A stretch of 64,000 nucleotides of DNA from Gnetum montanum. Its lineage: Eukaryota; Plantae; Gnetophyta. The stretch lies in assembly GCA_015680685.1 (NCBI GenBank), contig MNCI01001975.1, forward strand, positions 334,262-398,261, read 5' to 3'. The notes beneath the pieces are model-generated. The model searched no databases. It saw nothing but the letters and a program-made list of their open reading frames with translations, and had not been told where the DNA came from. Positions within the stretch are counted from its first letter, which is position 1. Every line of letters begins with the position of its first letter. The position numbers were made by a program, and so were the translations under genes. This document shows positions 50,901 to 61,416 of the stretch, one piece after another.

Positions 50901-52710
50901 TTGCAGAGTGCAGCCTCCAATTGGTAAGTGTTTTTTTTTTGCTAACATTCGCTACGCTGTGTTACACTAGGTAGCATTGCACAGTGTAGCATCTGCTTCA
51001 AGTTGGTATAATTTGCTTACTAGGACTATGGTTTATTAGTAGAGGAAGAAGAGGAAGAAGGGGAAGAAGAGGTGGTGGCCCCTACAATAAGGGAAACTGG
51101 AAAAAATGAAGAGGCTCCGGCCATAGAGGAAAGGGCCCTGGCCAATGAAGAAAGGGCCCCTTGTCGATGAAGAGGAGGCCCCTACTGATGAAGAAAGGGG
51201 CCTAGCCAATGAAGAAGAGGCTCCTAGCAATCAGGAAGAGGCCCTTACTGATGACCCTTTTGTGGAGAGCGGTTCAGTACCGGAGGGTCACATGAGTATT
51301 GAGGATGTAGCTATGTTGTTGGGTCAGCTGGAAGGAGAGGGGCTGCATATGTTGGTGAGTTTGACTGCATATTTGATAGTGTGCTGATGGGTGGGCCCCC
51401 AGCTATCACCCTTGAGGGTTTGCTGGGTAGGAGCTTTACACTATCATTTATATTGTCCATCAGCTTTATCATGGTTCCCCTCCACTATGGCTAACACATT
51501 TTACCATGCAGCAAACAATACTGTTGATGCCTCTGGTCCTTCCTCAATATTCCTATGACCATGGAATGAGACCCCTGAAAAATTTACTTTCATGGAGGGG
51601 ATGGTCAAAAAAATGATCAACCGTTTGAACCAGATCGACTCGGAAGTGCGTAAGTTGAAATTGCTACGCTAGACTCTCTAAATTGTTGTTACTTCACTAT
51701 GCCACTATGACTAATGAATTTCTATGTGCGATTGGTAGCCTCTCACCTTAAGTGGAATCCTAAGTAAGTGATTGAGGTCAACATCATGCCCAAATTTTTA
51801 CCAAAGGTGACCAAAGTATCACGTCGCATATACGATGAAGAAAGCTAATGTGTGTTGTACTCAGCACATTCCTTGTGGGAATGTAGGCATGTGAACGAAG
51901 ACCTATGGAAACGAGTAGAGAGGCTTGAGAGGGAGAAGGCCAATCTAACTGCTGAGGTGGGAGATCTCTAATCCAGGAACAAATTCCTGTTGGCCCAAGA
52001 CACTAACGATGGCAGTTGGTACATGGTTGTCATTGAGTATGTAAGGTATTGGATGGTCGCGTGACGCAAAAATGAGACCACTTGTGAAATAATAGAACAG
52101 TGCATGCAAATGGACCTGTTAGCCTAGAAGAACCAAGACTGGAAGGACTGCAATGCAAAAGTTTATGAGTGGGAGAAGGCACAGAAAAACCTTAAACACA
52201 TGTATAAACTAGAACATGCCACCTACCATAAACAATATTAGGATTCCTCTATCAAGTTACATACTTACGAGGTATTCCTTGAAATTATTGGCACTTCTGG
52301 GGCTTACGACAGGTTTATGCAATAGGTGACAGTCAGTGAATCTCTCGAAAGGAAAATGACCTTTCCTACGGGTGAGGCCACGACTACCACCTTTTCTCTA
52401 GGACCACCGAGATGGACAACCATAGAAAAGGAGAAAGTTGTAGCAAGTGTTGACCTGGGAGATAAGAATTGGGCCGATATTACGGAAGAGGAGACCTTGC
52501 AATGCCTCGTGGCAGGCATAGATTAGATACCCCCCGAAACAAATGTAGGGCCATCTTAGGTTAGTCATTTCTTGGTGTTGTGTAATTTATTTTATTCAAG
52601 TCCTTATTATAACTTTAACTGACTATTTCATTTTTCCTATGGTACAGAATCTAGATGAAAACATAGGACCTAATGAGGTAAGGGACGATGGAGCGGGCGA
52701 AGGGTCATAG
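47975..52710 (+). pseudogene. Spliced antisense accessory gene: FCP1/NIF-like HAD pseudophosphatase, TE accessory (possibly PMD-like) domain, acidic tract, coiled coil
   Basis: Predicted exons 47975-48093, 48946-49395, 49493-49767, 49875-50923, 51024-51354, 51512-51763, about 51865-52559, 52648-about 52710. GT/AG sites throughout; the first three introns preserve frame (phases 2, 2, 1); later phases not verified; scattered premature stops. Confidence 0.72.
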
Positions 52711-52894
52711 TGTAGCAGTCAAGAATTTTATTTGGATTCTCGCAAAGAATGTTGTAAAAATTATTTGATTAATATGTTGAATGAAAAAAATGGAATATGA
52801 AGAGATTTATTTGATTTTGGCTTATGTGGTATTTATTTTTATTTTATTCTTTATCTTTTTTTTATTAATTAAACTCCTTGGGAGCATCTCATTT

Positions 52895-53104
52895 TAGTTT
52901 TAGGCCATTTCAGGCCATAATAATAGTTTAAGGTCATTTTGGGCCATTTCTAGTTTTAGGCCATTTTGGGCCATTGGTAGTTTTAGGTCATTTTGGGCCA
53001 TTGATAGTTTTAGGCCATTTTGGACCATTGGTAGTTTTAGGCCATTTCGGGTTGTTGGATGATGGTAAGATAAAATTTTGCCAGTTTTAGGCCTTAGCGA
53101 GCTG
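52895..53104. repeat. 27-bp tandem array of the same motif (6 units plus one separate copy)
   Basis: TAGTTTTA-GGCC-ATTTTG-GGCC-ATTGG units. Confidence 0.92.
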
Positions 53105-53261
53105 TGGTGTGATGTAAACAGTGGACTTTGATGTGAACATTTTAAAGAAGGAGGTAGACACTTAGCATAAATGAATGAATATTAAGCAAACAAATAATAA
53201 ACGTATGATAAACGTTAATCGTGTCAGAAACAGTGGAGTAGTTATGCTACGCAAGTAACAA

Positions 53262-56200
53262 TCATTCTTCTATGTTGTTATCTACCACTTGAAAAGGAAA
53301 ATTGGCCCATGTAGTTTCATTTTCTGAGCTAGCATTTTGGGCTAGCTCATTAGCCAAACAAGTAACTTTAGTGGAGATAGGTGCTCCATTCTCAAAGGTT
53401 ATTACTTTTGAACCTTTCTCCATGTCAACATTGTTTATTGCATGGGTAGCCACTTCATCATCGTAGATCACCACCTCCTTGACCATGTAAGGTAGGTGGT
53501 TTTCTTAATATATGGGTGAAGAGACAGCCCTGGGTTTGGCTACCCAAAACCTCCCCAAGATCAAGTTAAACCCAGGCATCTCTTCTACCACGATGAATGT
53601 TGCACTTGTGGAGAACTGGTCCCCTACCACAAAGTTAATGTGGATAGTCTCCTTTACCACCACCCACACCCCATTGAATGAATTTAGACATGAGGTTATC
53701 GTTGGTTTGATTTGATCCACCAAACCCAGTTTGTGCACTATGGGGAACAGGATGACATTTCTAGCAGCCCCATCATCAACATGTCCTCTTCGGATCTTAT
53801 GCTGACTGACCCAAATTTTGATGAACAAGGATGCTATTGTAGCCTAGCCCTTCTCAGGGTCATCTTTGATGGACTCGTCACGAAATGTCAACTGAGCTGG
53901 CCACGGTTCTTCAGGCGTAGAAGGAAGCATGATTCCATGGATTTCTTTCTCCTCTACCGACATGTTTTCATCAACTGGTATGGACGTTAACATGCGAACC
54001 AAGGCCTTGTGGTGTCAGTGGAGGTCATTACTAGGTTGTACAGGCTCAAGGTTGTATTCTTTTGTTTCAAAGCCTATTTGACTTGAGTAAGGAAGTTTAG
54101 GAGGTCCTATCCACTTTCTTGTTGTTTTCCGCCCTTCTCTTCCTCCATTCATCCTAGAAGATGAATTTCTCGAGGAGGAGTAGTTTTAGGTTTGGGGCTA
54201 GACCCTTTTGGGTAGGATGGCAATGATTGTGTGCACATAGTGGCATCAACTATTGATGATGAGGGGGGCATAGATGCAAAGGATGATTGGGTAGGCTTGG
54301 AGGGACTTGGGGCAGTATGTTCCTTGGCTATTTCGTCCATCAGATGCTCTTTCCGTTTCTTTGAACAAGAAGGATGTGATTTCGTCTTAGGTTGGCTCTG
54401 TGTGATGGGGGTAATTCAGTGTTTTGGCCCCTTAATGAAAAATGGTGCTTGTGGAATTAGCGCAGGCGGTGATGTAGTTTTTGAATATGAAATGTGTATG
54501 GGTGGATGTTCGAGGAGGAACCTTGAGGACAAATGGTTGTTACGGTCTCTTTTTTGTTGTTTTTGGTGTTGCTCAGGCACATGAACCACAAACGATTATT
54601 GTCGTGGTTCTGGATTATTGTCTATGCTAATCATGTTGATAATGTACCCTGCATTGTTAGCATTGAGGGGGTCCTTGTTAACATGCATGGATTGATATTT
54701 GGGACGGACAGGGTTGCTTTTGTCTAGAACCAACTTCCCCTGATCAATCATCCATTGGATGTCATCTTTTAATGTTAGATAGTAATCCGTGTTGTGACCA
54801 CAAAGTTGATGGTAGTCACAGAACCACTCCAGCCTAAAGTTCTTAGGAATTGGTGGCTCGTTGGGCATCGCCAAGGTGGGGTTCCTAAGGAGTTTTTAGT
54901 ACCGATGATGTCATTTGGTCACCTCCTTCGACATCCATTTATGTTGAATATACCTAGCCCCCAAAAATTGCTTCAGGAGTTTTGAAGGCTTGACACGTAA
55001 GGGGGTGTATTTGGAGTGATCTTTATGCTTGAAGTTGTATTTAGGCTGGGTTGATGCCTCTAGTGCTGATGTGGAGGGTTGGGCAATGTTACTTGGGCTA
55101 GCCATGGGGTTAGTTGATGTTGTGGCCACTTTCTTGTTATTATTGCTATTGGGCTTTGCCTTGTTTTCCACAGAGACCATCATGGCCGTTGCAACTTTAC
55201 CCTTCTCTTTGTCTTTTTTGGTATATGTGTTTTTGTACACAAATAGGCCAGGTCTTTACTAGCTTCAGCCGTGTCTTAGATGCTCTTCATCTAGGCGAAA
55301 GCTTGACTAAGAGAGCATGGGGCTAGGTAATACAGTTTGGATTTGATAAAATCATTTAACATCCCCTTGAAGATAGCCAGTAAATTGGCCTCTACAATAG
55401 GCTCATGGATCTCATTCAAGGTAGCGCTCCACTACTGTATAAAATTTTGCACTGACTTCAACAAGTCTTTCTTTACATCCATCAACTGATCCAGTGTGAC
55501 TTTGGGCTTCAAGTTATATTTGAAACAGGTCACGAATTGGGTCGGCAACTCCTCCAGTGTTGAGATGGAGGTGTGCGGGAGTGTGTAGTACCAGTCTAAA
55601 GCTTTTCCCATTAGAGACATAGGAAAGACACAAATAATAGTGTGCGGCTATTGTTGCAATAACCAAGATTCAGATTTAAACATGACTAAATGCACATTAG
55701 TATCACCCTCCCTGTTGTATTTTGGGAATTGGGGGAGTGGCATCCTAGGGGGTAATGTGAGCATGGGAATAGCCAGGCTGATGGGGTTTTCATGGTAGAA
55801 ATCCATGACTTGCACTATGTCGGAATTGATGGCTTTGAGACGTTTAATCTCTTCAGTGAGGGTTTGGATAAGTTAGAACACTTGGTCCATAATCGGTGAT
55901 GATGTAGAAGGTTGTGGGGTTGTAGGGACAACCATTGTTGGTGGTATAGTAAGAATAGTGGTTTGGCTCATAGGGGGTGCTGTTGGGGCTGCCCTTCCGA
56001 AGGGTGTTACTTATGAGGTCGACCACCCAGTGGGTGGTGCTGTTGGAGCAACGACAACTGGTGGTGCTGTAGGGTTAGTCATTTTCATGACTGATGGGAC
56101 AAGCCATAGTCCTGTGCTTGGTTGTGACACCTGTGGAACTTGGTATGCTTGGTGGTAAGGGTAATGTGGTACCTGGGAGGGTTGCAAAATAGGGAGTGAA

Positions 56201-56628
56201 GTGGCTAGGGTCCACCATGCGGTTGGGGTTGGGCCTGCCACTGATGGTGGAGCAGGTGTAAACGATGGAATAGGAGCATAGAATCCATGTGGCTATGAAG
56301 TAGATGCAGTGTGCACGTAGGGCAACGTAGTTGTAACCAACGCTTAGTAGGAGGATGGGAAAGAATGAGAAGGGAGAGTGCCTGGGAATGAAACTGAGGG
56401 AGGAGCATGTTGGTACACAAAGGGTGCAGAATGGTTGCCCATGGCTGATGAAAATGTAGATTGAGGTGGAGTCGTGGTAATCACAAAGGGGGATGATGCA
56501 AAGAGTAGGTTGGACCTGAAGACTATGGTGGGAGGGATGGTTGTAGGGTAAGTCTGGCCACCACCCTCAGATTGGGAGTCCAGGTCTTCCTGTCTGTCCT
56601 AGAATGCCTCATTATAATGAGATGTCAT
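53262..56628 (-). pseudogene. gag: gag-protease (decayed)
   Basis: SLMGKALDWYYTLPHTSISTLEEL..FKYN; Ogre/Tat-style knuckle CDYHQLCGHNTDYYLTLKDDIQWMIDQGKL; protease IRRGHVDDGAARNVI...FNLILGRFWV. Confidence 0.88.
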
Positions 56629-57206
56629 ATCAGCTGGTCTAAGATTCATTGATATGTTTCCACCAGAGGGATGGTAATGTTAGGGGTAGGGATAAATTCC
56701 CTCCCGTTCTGATGAAGAAACTTGAAGTTGCATTTGTCCTCAAGTTCTTGGCAATCTAGGGGTAGATTTTCCTGGATCTTTGCGTAGAGGAAGTCATAAT
56801 GCTCTACATCTTGTGCAAAGAACTCAGGTGATGAATTTTGGATCCTAAGAGACTTCCATGGTGCCAGCACTAGGCTAGGTGGCCACTTGGCACCCATGGT
56901 TCTTTGAGCCAAGAAAGGAGCCTCAAGGCTCAAGGTGGAAACAACAGTTGTTGGCAGAATCATTTTGTGTGATAAAAGGAAAAATTGCAAATGAGAAACA
57001 TAGAAATCAATAGGCGATTGAAGGCTTTTTGTCCTACCGAGTTCCAAAGGAACCTTCCTTGCAACCAATTTACACCACACGATGCGTAAAAAATTGTAAA
57101 AGGGTATCACGTTTATGCTTGTGGATGATGGGGTATAGAGAGCATGTAGGACTACCTGTAAGACATGGAAATGGCACCAAAAGGCCCTCCTTCTAGCACC
57201 AAAAGT

Positions 57207-59084
57207 TGTAACGACCGAAAACATCGGTGGCTAGAACACCGAGAGGTTGTCAGGTGAACAGTTTAACCCCGGATCCATGCAAGGGCCATGCTAGAGAGAA
57301 ACGGAAGTGGGGCAACCTAAATGGTCTAGTCAATCAGACAGGGACTGAATAGGTGTATCTTAACCTTTCCTAAACGTTTTTTTTGGAAGTGAGAGACGCG
57401 AAGTAAATCGACGATTGACAAATGTAAAGTGGTGAAAATAATGAAAAAAAATGATGATAGTAAGAGAATATAAAAATAGATTTGGATGAGAAAGTGCACC
57501 ACCCCAAAGGTCGTAGATTTAATCCTTTACCTTATTGAAAGGTGTACAATAGGTTATGCAACACTGGAGAGACACTGCTTACATCGAACGGTATAGTAAC
57601 AGGTCTTCTTCTTGCTACTCTATTTGCTAAGATGCCGAAATTCTTGACTGACAAAGGGATTTTTGTAGCCAACCAAGGAACCCAAAGGTAACCAGAATGC
57701 TCAAAATGCCAACTGTGCTCTTCGAAAGCCAACTACACACAAAAGCCAACCAATGCAAAAAGCCAACTCCCATAAAAACCAACCCCATGAGCGTTGTTTG
57801 CTAGGGTATTTATAGGGCTAGGAGTAGAAGAGAAATGTGGTCTAGATGCCACATGTCTTGGACCCCACAAGGTGCTAACATTTCCATACCATGTAGGTGT
57901 GAGATGCTGGATGTGAACTTTGTTACGTTGTGACCATATCGTTGAAATTGCATGTGTCGAAATCTAGTGTGCTAATAATGTGAGAAAAATGGAGCCTATG
58001 CTCTAGGACTACGTCTTCCATACTCTTACAATGAGGGTCAAGCGTAGGAACAACTTTTTGGGGGTTGATGAGAGGTACGTAAAATGAAGTAAAATTGTTG
58101 ATTCTACCAAGGAGATGCCACAGTGAGAAAGATTGTTGCCAACAAGTTCTAGAGCTACCCGAAGTCATCTTGATGCTTTCATACCAATTTTGCACTACTC
58201 ATGGTTTTGAGCACATTGGTGTAGCGTACGTAGTTGCTTGCTATGCTATGTTACATTGGTGTAGCGTAGCCACTAGTCTTGATAGATATTTTCATAGGAG
58301 CCGAAGAGCATTTGTCTGAGGCTTAGTTAGGCTAACAACTGCAAATTTTTTCCTTCGTGCTAGGAAGCCTTTGGACTCGCTAAATTCATTTTTGAAACAC
58401 TTCTATTGTTTTTTCATCATCACTATGCTGTGCTACACTATGTAGCATAGCACAGCGTAGTAGCCCGTGTGTCATGATTCTTTGTTTAGTCTACCATTTT
58501 GTAGCAAGAAACTTTGCTCAAGACTTGAGGGATAAGTGGGATAGGTAGCTTTGGAGGCTGAAGTATTTGCTAAAGTGTAGTATTCTTATTGGAATCACTT
58601 GGCAAGATGGGCCTTTCTAATTTTCCTTTACTACACTGTGCTATGCTGCATAGTGTAGCACCTTGTGTTAGTTGAATCCTGACTTGTCTTGCAATCATTT
58701 TGTCAATTCACATTTGAACACTTGAGAAGTTATCTTTCAATGCTTGCTACGTTGCATAGTGTAGCGTAGCGTAGCAAACTTCTTCACTAGAAAACTTGCT
58801 NCAGTGTAGCGTAGCGTAGCAAACTTCTTCACTAGAAAACTTGCTGAACTATTTTGCTCATCCTGAACACTTTCGACAACTCCTAGCATGGTCTCTGGGT
58901 AGACTGTGAGTAGGGTCAATTGTCCAGTTAGCTCTAGAGATAGAAAACTTGCTGGACTGGATAGTCTATCCCTAGTGCCTACACTTTCCTATTGAACCAT
59001 CATGACATTGCAATTGTGGAAGTCCTTGCCTAAATTCCAAGACTTTGCTAAAGCATGAGGGTCCTAAAATTTTATGGTGTTTTA
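57207..59084 (-). repeat. 5' LTR of the Tat element (about 1.88 kb)
   Basis: TGTAACGACCGAAAAC...ATGGTGTTTTA; minus-strand TATA (TATTTATAG near 57807); PBS adjacent. Confidence 0.93.
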
Positions 59085-61416
59085 GTTAGCTTTTCCAAGT
59101 ACACTCAAGAAACTTCAATGTGATTCATCCAAGACTTGATTAAAGTCATTTACCATGGGATTCAACCTACAATGGGAGGTTTCCACTAGTTAAGGGACAG
59201 ATGGTTACCTACCCAATGCCACCTCTACTCGAGAGAATCTTGTGGTTGATAATTTTTGAATGTTATAGCCAAACTAAGCCATTAGAAGCAAAGATACCCA
59301 GTTTGTTTAATCAAATTGAATGAAGTATCATAGATATTCTTCAAGGACTCTATTAACTCATTCAATCTACCTATCTATTTGAGGATGGTATCTTGAAGAC
59401 ATTTGTAGCTTCATTCCCAATATCTAAAATAACTTTTGCTATAAATCTCCCATGAATATAGAGTCACAATTAGAGAGTATGGTTAATGATAGATTAGTGA
59501 ATGATATTATCTAAGAATATGGATGCTACATCCTCAACTATGTATGGGGTAGGGTATGGGATGAAGACGACATACTTCAAGAACTTATCCACAACTAAAA
59601 GAATGTTGAAATATCCTTTTACTAAGGGAAGTCTCATGATGAAATTCATGAAGATTGTTATGCATGGTAATTCTAGAATCTCCACTAGATGAAACAATTC
59701 ACTAGATTTTTCATTTGAACTCTTATCTTGTTGATAGCCAAGGTAGCTTCATACAAAATCTACAACATCTATACCTAGATTTGACTAATAGAATTATCTC
59801 CTCACCAATATCACTATGTGTTTGTCACCTCGATGACCTACCTAGAGGATGCTATGACATTCATCACTAATCTTGGAACACAAGGCATCCTAGTCTTGAA
59901 CATATATTAGAGTTCTTTTGAATATGAGGTGATCATCACATTCACTAAAGTTCAAATTAGCTTCCTCATGGGCTAGCTTTAGCAATTCCTATGCAATTTG
60001 ATCATGTTGTAAGCCAACAACATCAAGTAATTAGATTGCTCCACAAATTCAATTACATTTATCTATGGATGCTTGCTTAGTGCATCCACAACCATGTTCC
60101 CCTTTCTAGGATAATAGAAAAATTGAAGGTTGAACTTTTGTAACATGTCCAACCATTGAGCTTGCTTTGGTTGTAGCTTGGATTGATTCAAGAGGTAGCT
60201 TGTGGCATTGTTGTTAGTCTTAACCATTATAAGGCCACTGAAGAGGTAATGTCATCATGTGCAAAGGCAATGCAAAATGGTGAATGTTTCCTTTTCATGA
60301 ATAGGCCATAACTATTTATTTTGGTTTAGCTTCTTGGATAGAAATGCCATGGGATGGTGATCTTGCAAAAGCACCTCACCAATTGCCTCATCCAAAGCAT
60401 TCATGTGAACTTTGAATGGTTTCAATGAGTTGTGAGGACCTTCCTAATCTTATCAAATGCTTCTTGGCATCAAGGACTCCAATTCCAAGCAACATCCTTC
60501 TTTTAGGGGTTTGTGAAAGCAGTAGTTACACTAGAGAATCTCTAAACAAACATTCAATAGTAACTCACCAAATCTAGAAATTGTTGCAATTGATGTACAT
60601 CTTTTAGAGTAGGCTAGGTACCAATGGTCTTAACCTTCTTTTGATTTAAAATAGCCTTGCCACCACTAATGATGTGGCCTAGAAACATCAACTCTATCTT
60701 GGTGAACTCACATTTTATCCACTTGAGGAATGATTTGTGATCTCCCAACTTGAAGAACATCAAATCTAGATTTTCAAGGTGTTCACTCATTAAATGAGAA
60801 TGCATCAAAATGTCATCTAGGTATACAAGCATAAACCTATGTGGGAATAGATGGAACTCCTCATTCATAAAGGTGTAAAATGTGGCTAGGGTGTTGCATA
60901 AAAAAATAGCATAACTGTTCACTCATATGATCCAAAACAAGTGATACATGTTATCTTCTCTTCATCACCCTTAGTAATTTGCACTTGGTAGTGGCCTTTG
61001 CAGAGACTAAGTTGAGAGAAAACTTGAGCTTGTGCTAGTTGATCAAATAAGTCTGAGACCAATGACACTGGATAGCTATTCTTGATGATGTACTTGTTTA
61101 GCAATTTTTAGTTGCAGCACAACCTCAACGACTCATCCTCCTTCTTGGCAAATACCACTAGAGCCCTATAAGGAGATTTGGAGGATCACATATAACCTTT
61201 ATGCAAGAAATATTTTCAATTGCTTCTTGAGTTTAGCTAACTAATGTGTAGAAATTTTGTAAGGTTGTTACCTAAGAGGAGAAGTTCTATGGAACAACTA
61301 AATTTTATGATTGATCACTCATCAACTAGGAAACTTTCTTGGTAGCTTTGTTGGCATCAAATCCTTATACCTTTCCAACACACCATCTACTCTTATGTTT
61401 CCCCATACAAGAACCA
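59085..61416 (-). mobile_element. Galadriel-like chromovirus pol (RT, RNase H, integrase core), decayed
   Basis: DLFDQLAQAQVFSQLSLCKGHYQVQITKGDEEKITCITCFGSYE, LVYLDDIL, LLVVDKFLKYVVFIPYP. Reads in frame across the Tat insertion: SWMNHIEVS*VYLEKL|MYHMKTQENNK*RPLEF. Confidence 0.85.

Larger units (their letters stand above)
40837..59084 (-). mobile_element. Tat/Ogre-type Ty3/gypsy retrotransposon, 18.2 kb
   Basis: LTR pair, TSD ATTAG/GTTAG (4 of 5), Tat-type PBS TGGTGCTAGAAGGAGGG (57183-57200), PPT AAAGAGGGGCCAA (41992-42004); order gag-PR-[6 kb]-RT-RH-aRH-INT. Confidence 0.93.

Noticed and set aside
58757-58844. Exact tandem duplication inside the 5' LTR
   Set aside because: Centred on the n at 58801 and absent from the 3' LTR; assembly artefact.
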